A DNA stretch of 64,000 bases from Lepidodermella squamata (lineage: Eukaryota > Animalia > Gastrotricha), in assembly GCA_047495785.1 (NCBI GenBank), contig JBLDXI010000013.1, positions 3,038,001 through 3,102,000 on the forward strand, in the 5' to 3' direction. The position numbers and the translations under genes were made by a program. This document shows, piece after piece, positions 1 through 13,581 of this stretch. The stretch's first letter is position 1. Every line of letters begins with the position of its first letter. The notes below the pieces were generated by a model that was not told where the DNA came from, did not search any database, and saw only the letters and a program-made list of their open reading frames with translations.

Positions 1-1817
1 TCTGCTACGTCGTGCGATTCAACGTCGCCGATTTCTACCTCTTCCACGACACTGAATACGTCATCGAAGAGGTGAGAGCCGATTTGCAGTTTCTCTCAAC
101 TTGTTGGCGAATGGCTGGTCGTCCGACGTACTGCCTACTACTCCGAGAAGACAACTTCAAATCCGGCTCAGCCCCGCTAATTTTCAACTTATTAGCCGAA
201 ATGAGGCAAGGCCAGTGCAGCGGGGTGCATGTTCAATTAGCTCGACTTCAGGTCGCGATGTCTCAGGCCTGTGTTGAACATCTCGACTTCATCGACGAGC
301 AATCGATGGCGACTTTCCGCTCGCTTCAAGACCGCGAAATCACGCTGGAAGAGGGCGGCCGTAGCAGCTCACTATTCGCGGATCTGAGCGGCGTCCTTCA
401 CTACACCCCCAGCCCATCCACGCGGTTGGATTTGATTGCTGGGGACGTTTTAGAGGGCGCGCCAACCGCTGGTAACTCGAAACGACCCTACGCCATGTTC
501 GGCGAGGGCGAATTGATTCGTCTATACTCTTTCACTGAAAGCTTAACAACAAAAGCCCATATTTTGTACGAAGTTGTAAAACGATATGGTATGAACACCG
601 AATTTCTGGTTCAGGGAACCAGCGCTCAAACACTGCTAGAGCAACTCTACGAAGAATCGGGCACAAAACGGCACTGGTTGGTCGTTCGATTGTGCGCGGC
701 GATGTTGCATAAAGCCGTTGACAGTGTCGCGCCTGAAATTACGATGGCCCTAGTACGCGGGAAACGAGTCAGTCTCGGCGTTTTCGGTAAAGAGGAACAC
801 GTTATCGAGCAGCCGTTGACACCCGCCGTGCTTCATCGCATCATCTACGACCTGATTTCACCGTACAACATCGCTGAAGCTGTACTTCAGCAGGAACTGA
901 TCATTTTAACCGGTCGATTTATTACGTTGAACCCGAAATTATTCGAAGGAATTTTGACAATTCGAATCGGTTGGATCGTTCAAGCGATGGAGTTGCAATT
1001 AGCCCGTGACCAGCCTAACATTTCGTTATGGTCACTATCACCGGCGCAGATAAAGGAGCTTTTCGCGAAGGTTCTTTCAGTTCGACATGTAATAAACCCG
1101 CACAAATCTGCTCATTCGTTGAGTGGCACGAATAGCCAGAAAGGTTCTGCGACAAATTTGGCCGTGAAACCGTCAGAGTCGCGAATTAAATTTCAAGTCG
1201 ACCCGTTTGAGACATCTGGTCAAATCGGCGCATCTGGCCAGGATACGAATAAAACCGGGCTGGACGGCGAGTTGGTTGGTCATTTGAGAATGATCACCGG
1301 GGCGGTGAATCGCGTTCCGCCCTACTTTTACCGCCGGGTTTGGGACGTGTTGGAACGAGCGCCTCATGGCATTAAAATCGGCGGCTCGTTGCTGCCGCAA
1401 CAACCGACGTTGAGCGACATGACCCAGGGTGATGCGAATTTCGCCTTCAGTATTGAGCATTTATTAGGCCGCGTGCCTAACCCGGCCAGGCGGCAGTTGA
1501 TCGTTGAAACTCTGATGGTAATCTGGACGGTTTTGCATAGAAATCCCGAGTTGAAACCGAGTGGAACCGAGCCGATTGATGTTGACGCGATTTTGTACCA
1601 GGCCGTTGAAGACTTCGCCACGTCGAACAACCTTCAAATGCACCCGAGCGGTAATCCGAACAATAAGGAGGAGAGCGACGCCGTGTGGCAGCGGTTCTAC
1701 CGCCTAGACCCGGGCGGTGCGAGGGGTACCTGCAGTCTGTTGGCTCGAGCGCTTGTCGCCAAGTTGTTTTCAGCCGGTTTCGCGCTTCCGCCTGCCGATT
1801 TATGTGCGGTGTCTTGA
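1..1817 (+). CDS. PHKB: Phosphorylase b kinase regulatory subunit beta, 3' part (5' end outside window)
   Basis: Motifs DFY..LQF..W+M.GRP..LLREDN, LGVFGKEEHVIEQPLTP and LPQQPTLSDMT match PHKB rather than PHKA; C-terminal CAAX box CAVS; stop at 1815-1817. Confidence 0.9.
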   Translation, partial: CYVVRFNVADFYLFHDTEYVIEEVRADLQFLSTCWRMAGRPTYCLLLREDNFKSGSAPLIFNLLAEMRQGQCSGVHVQLARLQVAMSQACVEHLDFIDEQSMATFRSLQDREITLEEGGRSSSLFADLSGVLHYTPSPSTRLDLIAGDVLEGAPTAGNSKRPYAMFGEGELIRLYSFTESLTTKAHILYEVVKRYGMNTEFLVQGTSAQTLLEQLYEESGTKRHWLVVRLCAAMLHKAVDSVAPEITMALVRGKRVSLGVFGKEEHVIEQPLTPAVLHRIIYDLISPYNIAEAVLQQELIILTGRFITLNPKLFEGILTIRIGWIVQAMELQLARDQPNISLWSLSPAQIKELFAKVLSVRHVINPHKSAHSLSGTNSQKGSATNLAVKPSESRIKFQVDPFETSGQIGASGQDTNKTGLDGELVGHLRMITGAVNRVPPYFYRRVWDVLERAPHGIKIGGSLLPQQPTLSDMTQGDANFAFSIEHLLGRVPNPARRQLIVETLMVIWTVLHRNPELKPSGTEPIDVDAILYQAVEDFATSNNLQMHPSGNPNNKEESDAVWQRFYRLDPGGARGTCSLLARALVAKLFSAGFALPPADLCAVS

Positions 1818-2277
1818 ATGCACCGAAATTCTACTGACAAAATCGGCATATCCTATATTTTTATCCACTGTAATATATTTGGGCTGTGGAGCATGAATTT
1901 CGGATACATTGATCAAATCCGCCTTAAAAAATGTATCCGAAATTCACAGTTCCAATTAGATTTTGGTGTTTCATTAACAAAAAATAAAGCTACATAATTT
2001 TGGACTGCCTCTAATGTTTGTTAATTTTCATCCACCTTATTAGATATTAGTGGAGATTAAAAAAAGAATTGCATCCTCATTCCCGTGTGCCGTGCTAGTC
2101 ACGTCTGATGAAGAATAACGAAGCTAAATTGTTACCAGCACGCTTTTTCTGTAACTTATTTCTAATATTTTTTGCCCTTCTTTATCCGTCACACATACAA
2201 AAAAATGAAAGAGATTGTTTCTAAATGTTAATGTCATTCAATTTTAGGGCCTTTTTCTATTAATTGTTGTCCTGTAT

Positions 2278-5200
2278 ATGGAGAGCGTCTTGAACACGTC
2301 TGGCCAGTCGAACTACCACTCGTGTCGTCAAAGTCTGGAGACTATGAACGCGCAAAATGGCGGAGATGATGGGTCTACTTCCTTATTAGCCGATCAATCC
2401 GCCATCCAGCAGCACATTGGCGATGGCGATTCTACGTTTGTCTGCTCGAATAAGGATGGCGGACCTATGTCTCCGAACTGTTCAGAACTCGGCGCGTCAA
2501 ATGTTGTCGCCGAATCGACCCGAACTTCGCTTCAGATGAACGGTTCCGGGTTCGGAAATGGGTCGGGTGACGATTCTTATGACGCGTCTCAACCGGCGGT
2601 TTTGCTGGGCCAAAAATTGACGGGTGGAGTTAGCCACCTTAAACAAAGCACGCCTTGTGATTCAATCGACGCCAGTAGTAATGGCGGGGGTAATTCTGGT
2701 CTTAATGAGTGTCTGATCAACTCAGCCCTCGGCTGCTCGGCCTCTATGGAGGTTGACGGAGCCGTCTTATCAACCACGCCCTTACGGTCAAAACAGGTCG
2801 ATGAGGATGTTGTTATGGGTGAAATTCAGCCGGATGAGGCGGCGGCTGCTGCTGATGCTGAGGAGGAGGATGACATTTTAACGGACGAAAACGGCGGGGC
2901 GATGCGGCAAAATCGGTCAGGGTCTTTCACAGTGGTCCGCGAGAAAGCGATTCCGGGCACCCCGATCATTGAGGACGAACCTATCGGGATTATTTGTGAA
3001 GATATGGCCGGTGAGCAGCGAAACGGCAGTACGACGCCGCCGTTATCACGCAGCCCCGGGCTGATGCAGGACTCTGCATCTCGGCCGTTGATTCCGAAGG
3101 CGAAGAATCGCAAATCAGTTTGGACTGCTGATGTTTTCTCGCCAGCTGCTTTGTCTAATATGAACGGTGCTTCTTCCAATGGTTTGTTATTTTCATGTTT
3201 TCTTAACAACAATAAGGTGGCAATTACCTGCAGAGGTTGGGCATTTGTTTTCCTACTTTTTATCGACAAGTCTCGAATTAGCATTAATCCAGCCTAATCG
3301 ATACACGCACTATCAGCGTTTAAATCTTAGATTTTTCGTTTAGAATTTGTACAGGGTGTGCCAAGTGTACACCCTAAATTTAGCACTAAGTTTGAGACTC
3401 CAGTAATAGATTTCCCTAAATAGTGTTTTTCGCGTTTCCAGTCTTCGCTAGAATCTCAACTTTTTCGTTATCATGCCTAACCGATAGACCTTGATATTAA
3501 GCGTATTTCGCGCTATGAGCGGTCAGTTTACGAATTATACTTCATCTTGTAGAGCCGATATCGATTCCAAGTATCGATTTTACAAATCAGTGATTTTCTC
3601 GATATCAGCCGTCTTGGAACCCAACAACGATGATTTTTCTCCCTAGCTTTAATAAAAATTCCCAGGTTCAAGGAGGGCATCAGTATCGATCAATAAAGGA
3701 AACGCCGAAATCGCGAAGATCTGAACAACTTAGTGCCAGGACGCTTCAATTTAGTGCTGGAACCTCATTTTTAGTGGTGCAAATGTTTGGACCCGTTAGT
3801 ATATCAGAGATTTTCCGATTTTTCGAAACTATTTTTCAAATGGTTTCGAATTGTATTAGGAAGAGACAGAACCTATTTTCGAATATTGATATCGAATATG
3901 ATTTATTATCAAATACAGCATCAGAATTCAGAATTTCAAGTAAATCAAAAGTTTTTGCATGAAGCCTCATAATCACTTTGAGACCAAAATTTCCCCAATC
4001 AAAATATATTTTGTGCTTATATTTTTTGTTGCATTTTAACTTAAACTTTTGCTTCCATTCTAGGCAAATATATTTAAATTCTTTTCTTAATGGAATTCTT
4101 CATCTTTTTACGGAAATATGTGCAAATTTATGCGAATGGGCATTGGTTAATTTTTGCGATGCATATTTTTATTCAAGAAAATTGTCAGTGGCTATTTCTG
4201 CGAAATATATTCGAAAAATGAAGAGATATTAGTAATATAATCATCAAATAATTAAAATTTACGATGCTGCATTATTTACGATGCTGTTGAGATTTTTAAT
4301 CAAGCCTAAAATAGCGAGTGGCGTTGTTAGCTGATCGTTTACGGTGATCAAATAAACATTTTGTTGATGTGCCGTTGAAATTCTCCTCCCCGCCACGAAG
4401 TCGTTCGCGTTTCATCCTGAATTTCAAGATTAGCCATTTTATACCTGCATATATCGGTGGCGTGCGTCAATAAAATTTCGCGTTTCGTCGACAATAAGCA
4501 GCTACAACAACCTGTCATTTGCAATTCTATCGCACAGCTGGTGATGAATGTGCCCGGCTTGAGTTTTGCTATTTGTCATCAATGCCGGCTGATGATTCAG
4601 CCGGCTGTTTTAATAGTAATAAGCTCGGCTTTTCTACTACTACTATTTTCAATAATATTATAGCCGTGTTTATACGCGGGCCATATAAAGCGTGCTGCGT
4701 GTCGTTTCGCTGGGTTGTAAAAGCAGCGCTAGTTCGTTCAAACATGCCGTTTATCATCACCGTATACGCTACTACTGTTTATTCTAGGTGCCTTTCGCCG
4801 CACGAGACTAGATAACAGTTGTAGAAGTAGCTTTGTGCTGCGTCGATACCTCGGGCACATCGAACTACTCCGTGCCCCCTTCACATCACACCTGTACTCA
4901 TTGTTCGTTCTTGCTTTCTTTCTTTCATCTAGTCTTCGCGGCTGGCTATTATCGTTTTTAATCAACCAGCCGCAATCAAATAAAATCTTATTATAATATA
5001 GCTCAGGCCTCGTGCTGGCCACCTTAAAACACTTCCAGACGCAAAACAGCCTCATTTACGTCTTCCTTAATTATTTATTTGGCTTCCGGGCGGCAGAGAA
5101 TGGCCTCTATTCATTACGGCTTTATCACTTTATAATTTCATCAAACCTGCATCTTAACTAGTATGGCTAGTCTATGCAAAGATTTTGACTAGTTCGCACA

Positions 5201-8200
5201 TCTCGCACTTTCGAGTTTTGAATATTTCGTTTTAGATCGCATGAATTTTGCGCAAATCGTTGTGTTTTTTATAGGTTCAATGGGAATTTAAGGCCTGTTA
5301 ACGTTTTTATTTTATTCAACATTCACAGTTTATTCTCCGACTATTTGAGATAACTGAATATCTTTTAGCGGAGCCAAATTTGCTTTTTGCGGAACCAAAG
5401 TCTAAATATGCCAAGAGTCATTTTTTGAATATTTATACGAATTTTGGGCTAAGCATGCATTTTGTATTAAACACTCCGACTGATAGGTAGAGATTGTTGC
5501 GCTGAATTCACTGGTGAATTTTCTAGAATTATTGTGGCCAATCTTGACCTGCAATAAATATCCGAAAAGCGATTTCAGGCCACATAAAAAGTCTAAAATT
5601 TGGTTCCGATTCAGCAAATTTGGTTCCGCTATCAGACCCTTTGAGATAATTCTTGACATTTTTTAAGAAGGTTGAATGAGACGAAAGCAGGTATTGCGGA
5701 AAATTAGATTTTAGGGTCTTTGTTTTCATTTTCCTGAATTTTTGAAAAATTGAGATAATTTAAGCCTATGCGGCTAAATTTTTCATTCGTTTTTCTTTCC
5801 TTGCCCTACATCCTATTATTTTTTGTGTATGATTCATCTCTGAATCTCGAAGAGACATTTTTCCCTTATTCAGGTTTATTTCGCTAAATCATAATGAGGC
5901 CATCTAGTCGATCTGATTTTATTTAATATTTTGATATCAGTCAGTTGATAGTCTAATGGTACCTATAAGCTTCTAGATATAGGTAATTTGTGTCATTTGT
6001 GACTTTTCCATTCATCATTTCTGATCACTTGGATTTCATAAAATTTAAAAAACACTTGACAATTGGGATTTTACGCTATTTATTTCTAATTAGCTAATTT
6101 AGCTCCTCCCTTGACATTTAGCTCCGACCTTGATCTCATTAGATGTGTTATTATACCCATGTCAGATTGAGGAAAGGTAAACCTGACGATAATAGGCCTC
6201 ATTTCGTCGGCCCGAGTCTCCCAAGTGGTGTACGCGTTTAAATAATGAGGGCATAGCCTTGTCACAGCCTGAAAGACCCAGTCCTCTCGCTCTCTAGAAT
6301 ACTTTCTAGAGCCGGCCGGCCGGCGTCGTGTGACGGCAAACATCGTTTTCGTTGAATAATTGCTGCTGTTTACCCCGGCGCGCGCGCTCTCGGCTTTTAT
6401 GCTCGTGCGCTGTCATGTATCCGCTCAAATCTGGCCACATCTTCAACAATAGAGCGAGAGAGAGCGAGCGAGGCTAGAAAATCTATTTCCGGCATAATTT
6501 TCATATCGCTGCCACCTTATTGTTGTTTATTTCTCTCACCAACGCATTTATTTATGATTAATTTCTATCTGATTTATAGAGCCAATTTTGTTGCCAACTT
6601 CCGAGAATACTGCCAACAACTTTTTGCAAACCAACAACAATTTGAACCCGTTGGACCCTTTCGCATCGCCTGTCGCCCAGCCGCTCGTTAGTACAGCGAC
6701 CCCGACGACCAGCGTTGTGTCTTCATCGGCGACTTACTCGAGAGCCACCGCCTCGAAAATGCTGCTCGACATTCAAGCGGCGGCTTCTTCGTCGGTTTCG
6801 TCGTCGTGCGACGCCGCCAGCGTGCCGCTCGCCGACAACAACACCGACATGTCGTTTCACAGCGGCAGTGACGGCCGCGGCAGCAGCAACGGCAACCACA
6901 GCTACGTTATTCACGGTGCCGAACAGGAAAATAACAACGTGAGTTTTTGCAGACGAGGCTCAGCCTTTTAATTAACCTTAATGCGCAGTCGACACGCAAA
7001 AATTTGCGAGTAGCAGTATTAGTATTAAGTAACCGGTCGGAGTGTGTCAATAAACTTCATGGGCTCTGCAAATTGCCCCGGTTTGTGGAACCGCTCATTT
7101 CTTACTCTTCGCTATAATTTTGCAAAACTGGCTTTCGTTTCGTTCTTTCAAATGCGATTCGGGACTAAAAAGGTGAGCTCTTAGAAACTTATGTGCAGCA
7201 TTTGGGTTTTGGTAAAATATTCAAATTCCCGTAATAAAATGGGCTCATCATGATAGCCTCGAAGTTCTACGGAAATTCCAGAATAGAGTTGGTCTTCCTA
7301 TTTTTAAATTTTTTATTTTTTATTTTTGAATGCATCGGAATTTTTCCTTGAGCTCGGATATTTCAAACATTGCGGTTAAAATCAGTTATTTTTGCAATTT
7401 CGTGAAAAATCCTCAAAATGAGGCGATTTAGTACATGGTACAAAAACAATATTTCACAATGGAAGCAAATTCGCCTATAGCGGAACCAAATGTCAAAACT
7501 TGGCACCAAACGCAAAGTCTATAAGTGCTATTTTCGAATATTTTTGATGGATCTCTGTTGTGTCGCTTTCCGAACACGAGGATCTGGCCTTATATTGAAA
7601 ATCAGGGTGAAAGCCAACTTAATTTATTTAATTTTAGTTGAATTTATCGATAGATTCCAGAAAATTCAGAAAATACTGTTTCGCGCGAATTAATTGTTAA
7701 AAATTTGGTTCCGCAACGGGCAATTTTGGTTCCGCAAAAGCAAGACATGTACATATATTTGCGATAATGGCTATTAGAATGTTAAAAAATAGAGCTTTCC
7801 ACGATTTTAGCCCTTTATTTTTCTGGCGCAGTGGATACCAAGTAGAGAACCATTGGACCGTTTTTGTGGGTTGGTAATAATTGAATGCAAACACTCCGCA
7901 GTGGTGTTTAAGTTATTGACCGTGACTTATTGACCATGAATATAAGTGGGAACGCGCCGTGGTGTTGTTTTTATTATGGCGATAAATTATGCCATTTAGG
8001 AGGCAGTCTGCTACTGGTATAATTGAAATACATTCAAAACGCAGCTGTTTTACCTTTGAAAATCTACCGCTGAATTTTTCTAGAAACCGAGATTTTTTAG
8101 ATTTTTTCGCTATTTTTCGCTTATCAATTTTAGATAGCGCGTTTTATCGATGTTCAATTTTAATTAAGAGTTTTCTCCAAAAAATACAATGTTTATCGAG

Positions 8201-10348
8201 TAAATATTGCTTTATTATTGAGTACCATGAAACAAATTTCTCCACAATTTCGCTGTAGGATTGCTTGAAACTCTGATTTTGAGCCATAACGTGGTGATTA
8301 TTTTAGTAACTTTCATGTCGATTTTTAAGGTGGTTGATGTTGGCAATGTGTCGACTGCCCTCAGTAGCCGCTCTTCCGCAACCTCATCGTTGAACACTTC
8401 GACCAACAACAATAACATCAACGTCACCCGGGGCATTTCGCCGCCCGTTGACGATAACGGTCTAATCGGCCCGAATGGGACCAATCTCGCGTTTATGCAA
8501 GTCGGCTCCTCGGCAACTATTACAAAAGCGAAGGCAACTCCCGTTCGCCATCAATCGCCAGCAGTCTCAGCCCTGCCGCCTCATATGATGTCGCCGGCTG
8601 TTAGCAACCCACCGATGCCCCCTGCCTCATCGTCGCCCAAGCACGGCCACGCCCTGGGCAATGGAACCAACGGCGCGCCGGCGCTCAACATGTCGCCCCT
8701 GGAATCGAACGGCAAGTCAGGCGGCGACGCACACGCGCTGTGTACGACGCCGATTTTGCCGGTTGTCGACGGTTTGCCAGCCGCTGCGACTAACGGCAAC
8801 GGCTGTTTGATTGCCGACGACGCTGATCGCAGTGAATTACTCGCCAGAATATCTCAGCTGGAGCTGGAAAATTCGATGCTGAAGTCCAAATTTAACAAAT
8901 TCGAAGATATTAACAATCAATTGTAAGTTATTGAATTTCTATTGAATTTCAGGATTTCGGCTTCTTTCAATGGCTCCTTAAGAATTTGATCAGATTAAGC
9001 GCAAGAAGCTTTCTTCCAACGTTTCGTTTACTAACCGTAAACATCCTCAGGGAATTTACAAAGGATTAATTTTTTCGCATAATGTTAAGGCGGATAATTT
9101 AAATTAATGATAGCGAGGATTATAATTCAAATTATATTTATATTTTAACTGAATGCGAAAAATTAATCCTCTGTTAATTCCCTGAAGATGTTTACGGTTA
9201 GTAAACGAAACGTTGGAAGAAAGCCACTTGCGCTAAATCTAATCAAGCGTCAATATACAAAAAAACTGGCTATCAAGGAATAAACTAAGAATACGTTCAA
9301 TTCTTAATTTTGTTGGCTAGAATGGAAAAAATCAATTTATGTGGATTTCTCGATCTAAAATTCTGCGGTCCTAAAAATCTTGAAAAATATGCTAGGGAGT
9401 TGTATTTTGTACGATCCTTGTCGAATGAAACGGCGGGCTATCAAAGTATAAAAAATTAATTTTTCAAAAAATGCCGCTAAATAACCTTCCAATTTCGAAT
9501 ATTTCTGCAGCGCATATTCAGCATGCACTTTGAATATTTTGAGGAATCTCGCTAAATTTTCAAATTTTTTTATTAAACATAATACGTAGATTTTCTGGTT
9601 TTTAAGGTGGATGATAGGATTAAATAGGTCTGGAAATATGAAATTTGACGCATAGTGAACAATCTTATTTCGAGCATCGTGAAAGCTAAGAATCGTTCTT
9701 GAGTCAAATTTATCAGAAACTGAAATTTGCCCACTTTTTCGCATTTTAATGGCCAACCGTTGAATTTTAAGGGATTTCAACCTTCGGAAGAAAAATTCAG
9801 AACTTGAGAACTTATACTTGAATGAAAGTCTTGTCTTATTGTGTTTTTCTTAATTTTTCAGAGTCGTCAGTTGTGCGCATTTCAGCTCTGGACCATCGCC
9901 ATCCGACCTCGAAGAATTTCACAAATTCGTACAAGCGCGTCTGCAAGCCGCCGAGGAGGTGTCGGACGACTACCGCTCGCTCGAAGCGTCGTTCAACGAA
10001 CTGCACCGGCGGTACGAACGCGCCCGGGCTGTTCTCGCCGAGTCGCAGGCCCGCGACCGCCAACTACAGGCCGATCTAGCCTCGCTGAAGCAAGCGGCCA
10101 ACATCGCCGACCAGCGCGTCAACTCGCTGATGCGCGATTTCGACTCGAAATTGTCGGAACTCGAGTCGAAAAACAGCCTGCTGCACGACTCGCTGCAGAC
10201 GGAACAGCTCAAAAGCGACCTGCGAATCGGCCAAATGGAGATTGAAATGCGCAACCTCCAGCAGCAGCTGCAACAAAAAGACTCTCAAATAGCCGATCTG
10301 AATCGACTTCTCGCTAATGCGATGACCGGCGCGGCAAGGCGGGGTTGA
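2278..10348 (+). CDS. TACC-family (transforming acidic coiled-coil) protein, ~780 aa, 4 exons (2278-3181, 6580-6938, 8330-8922, 9862-10348)
   Basis: GT-AG junctions join in frame. Long Ser/Pro/Asn-rich disordered N-terminus; C-terminal coiled coil DYRSLEASFNELHRRYERAR...LQQKDSQIADL resembles the TACC domain (DLNSVEKSLADLFRRYEK...LEQKNKEIEEL). Extra exons in the 3.4-kb first intron cannot be excluded. Confidence 0.7.
3540..3780. repeat. Dispersed repeat, related sequence at ~11910-12330
   Basis: gtatcgattttacaaatcagtgattttctcgatatc (~3572) matches the reverse complement of gatatcggaaaaatcactgatttgcgaaatcaatac (~11932); tagtgctggaacctc and tagtgctggagcctc are shared. Confidence 0.55.
5367..5631. 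repeat. MITE-like intronic element with GCGGAACCAAA terminal motifs; related copy at ~7478-7735
   Basis: gcggarccaaa twice at the left end and tttggttccg twice at the right end; a similar arrangement recurs at 7478-7735. Confidence 0.5.
8986..9246. repeat. Intronic inverted repeat (~95-bp arms 8986-9080 and 9152-9246), Penelope-like element relic
   Basis: The arms are reverse complements with a few mismatches; each carries a hammerhead core. Confidence 0.85.
9178..9218 (+). ncRNA. Minimal type I hammerhead ribozyme motif (second copy on - strand at 9014-9054)
   Basis: uucc-CUGAAGA-u-GUUUAC-gguua-GUAAAC-GAAACGUU-ggaa: core CUGANGA/GAAA, 6-bp stem II, palindromic stem III (ACGU), stem I uucc/ggaa. 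The minus-strand copy has CUGAGGA. Confidence 0.7.
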
Positions 10349-12901
10349 AAAAATGATAGATCAGGGGAAAATAATAAGTAGGTGCTGTCTCGATATAGGT
10401 GATCAATCCCTTACTATATTGCGCATCGCTCTGATATTACAAAGTATTATTGTAAAACTGCTCGTTTTTTGATCACGCACACGAGAGACACTTTTTTGTA
10501 GAAAAATGAACACATTTTGATTTTAATTTTCGGAAACTCGCTTCCTTTTCAACGTGTTTTGTTGACACCCGCCGGCCAATCTGTGAGATTTTGCCTCTCT
10601 TTTTTTCTGAGCGAGCCACTGTATAACACACTCTGATTGGGCAATAATGAAAGCTTCGAGCAATGTGTGCTGCTTGACCAAAACGTTAAATCTGAGCATT
10701 TTGTGCTGCCTTTTATTCATAGTAATACAAAGTTGTAATGTCGCCCTTAACACATCTCTGCGATATCACGAGAAATAATATTCTATCTAAAATTAATATT
10801 TCTTTATTTGAAAAGTTCTACCTTTAACATACACCCGCGTGCTGGTTTCCAACCTGCTTGAACTAAATTTTAGACATTATTTCCGTGTCTTATTATTTAG
10901 CTGTTGTACATTCGTTCTCTTGTGTCTTTTTCGACAATTCAGAAGTCAGGTTGTAAAAAGTTATATAATATTCATATTATTTTAGGAGCAATTATTCGTG
11001 TTTTCTTTGCAAGAAAAAAGTGCCCTTCAGATGCGTTAGTGAACGCTTTTACCTTTTACCTACCTTAATTGCTCTATTATTATGCAAGAAACGCCGTTTT
11101 CTTCTCGGAACATAACTTGTGTCATTATTCGAGCATGTGTGAGTTTGATGTTTTGGTTTGGCTTGGAAATTTACTTCTTTTGACTTCGCTCTTTCTCGCG
11201 CGCTTTATGCGCGGGACTTCTGTCATTCGTTGGATGAAAAAACGTACGTATAATTATTCACACAATTAGTCAATTGGTTGAGTAATAATTAAAAATAATG
11301 ATTAATTGACAGCTTTTTGTATTAAAACAAGTTTGCATGCGTCCATTTGTTACAATTCGGAAGATGAAGTTCAGTAAAACAAAACAAGGCTTGAAAATAA
11401 AACGGCTGTGTTGTTTTCATGCTAAATCTCGGCACTATATTTCAAGGTTGGCAAGGTTCTACTCAAATCCGAAGCGGAATAATTTGAATTTGCAGCGAAA
11501 AAACATCTGAAAAATGGGTCTTAAGCCTTTCATGGCCTTGAGGACGATTTCGGAATTCTGACTTTGCATGTTCACAGCTCGGTTAATTCGTCGAATTTTT
11601 GTGTTTCCTTATGAGAAGTACTACTTTTGGATGTTGCCTACAAGAATCCGAAACCCAAATTTCATTATTTCGTTGCTTCTCGGAAAGCGATCAATTTCAA
11701 AATTTCAAACCGAGGGGTGTTTTTTTTAATATATTTTTCAATCGAAGAAATGGACATCCAGACATTTTTTCCGCTAGATCTGACTTGACAGCCGTGTCCG
11801 GCAGGGTCCCATTGGCTACCTATTTCGTTTTATGACTTTTTATGTAAACTGGCAAAACATTAACCTGGCTGATGAATCCTATAAATTCATCCGGATGAAT
11901 CTACCGTTCGACACTGGTTTCCAACACTACCGATATCGGAAAAATCACTGATTTGCGAAATCAATACTTGGGATCGATAACGGCCCTCTAGATAACTCCT
12001 AATCATGTAGATCTTTCGGTATATGACGTGGAGGTACAAAAATGTAAATTCTAGGGGTGACGCCAAACCGGCAAACCAAATTTTGGTATAATCTAGTGCT
12101 GGAGCCTCAAATTTAGGGTGACCTCTCGGCAAACCCGAAAAAAATCCTGGGAAAATGGCGGAAACGGGGCTTTAACGGCCAAGTTACCCCACGTCACGGT
12201 AGTATTGAAATAGTTTTTTCGGATGCCATGATAATAAAAAATGTAGCCTCTAGTACCGTGGCGTGGGGTACACCCTAGAGGTACAATCTAGTGGTCGAGC
12301 CTCAAATTTGGAGTTGGAACCCTATACTGGAATCATAGGGTGTCCACGTGACATACTCGACAAAATCCTGGGAAAATACCGGAGCCGGATGTCACATGGA
12401 AAAACCAGATTCCAGGTAGAACTCGATCACAACCGGTAATACCAGAATATTGTGACTCATCCAGGCATTGTCAATTCCTTAATCATTAAACTCGTTTTGA
12501 AACCAGTTATCAACATGTTGGTACCTATACGTGAACAATCACGCGGAGGCAATCCCAACTTTATCTTCAATTTTCCAATTTTTGTTTTTCAACTTGAATA
12601 AAATTCACCGACTGTTTGGTCGAATTGACCTAGTTCACAGGTCACCTGACCTCAACGATGTCAAACAAGCTGCACCAAGGCTGTTTCCTTGAAAGTGTTG
12701 CGCAACGGCAGAATGGCGCGAGTTGCGGCGGCACGCGTTCGATCACGCGATGTTTTCGTCGTGAGCCCACAAGAATAATCTAGCTGGTATTCGAAATTCA
12801 TTCATCACAAACATTACACACAACAACAAATCATTTTTAAACACTCTCCTTGTTGAGCTATTTCGTACCGCACGATTTTACCTTATTTTACAACATCAAC
12901 A

Positions 12902-13581
12902 ATGAACAACGTCTGCTTCCAGCTTTTCGCCTTCTCCATGCTTTGTTGTTTGGTTGTTCAAGCCTGCTTTCCGCCATTCGTCCCGGAGAAAAAGAAGTTC
13001 GAACGTAAGCAAGAAAATTTTTATTTTTTTTCCCCAATTTTTGAAAATTCAGAATTTAAATCAGGAAAATCTATAAATTCCTGAAAATAAATAAAAATAA
13101 AAATTAATGTTCCAACACTCCGAGAAAAAATTATCTTTTATTTAAAATTGTTCGCAATTTATCATTGATTTTTTTCTATTTTTATTTCTTTTTAGCTCGC
13201 TACATTCGTTGCTATCATTGCACCGGTAATTACACGTACTGCGCGTTGAAGAACACGATCAACACGTGCCCGCTGTTGACGACGGCCGACCACGACGCCC
13301 GCGCCGACTCCAACCTGGTAACGACGTCGGACGACCAGTTCCAGTGCGTGCTCGCCATCAACTTCCTCGACCAGTCCGTGTACCAGGGCTGCGCGAGCCA
13401 GTGCGAGTCCGACCAGTCCAAGTTCTACAAGCGCTCGTGCTCGACGCGCAACCTCGGCAACTGCTTCGACATCCAGTGCAAGCACGCCATCCAGGACGGC
13501 AACGTGTTCGACGCCGCGAGCCACGTGACAACTGCCAGTGGGCTGCTGTTTGCCGGCGTCATTGTAGCGCGTGCTCTTTAG
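12902..13581 (+). CDS. Secreted/GPI-anchored Ly6/uPAR (three-finger)-like protein 1, exons 12902-13004 and 13196-13581
   Basis: Signal peptide, CYHC...C...C...C...QGC...C...RSC...NC....C cysteine frame, hydrophobic C-terminal tail; phase-1 intron joins in frame. Confidence 0.7.

Noticed and set aside
1-1817. Phosphorylase kinase alpha subunit (PHKA)
   Set aside because: Diagnostic motifs (LQF..W.M.GRP..REDN, LPQQPTLSDMT) fit the beta subunit.
3630-6343. Short ORFs within the TACC first intron, and antisense ORFs over GC-rich exons across the window
   Set aside because: They are AT-rich repeat-derived frames or shadows of real exons, without motif or splice support.
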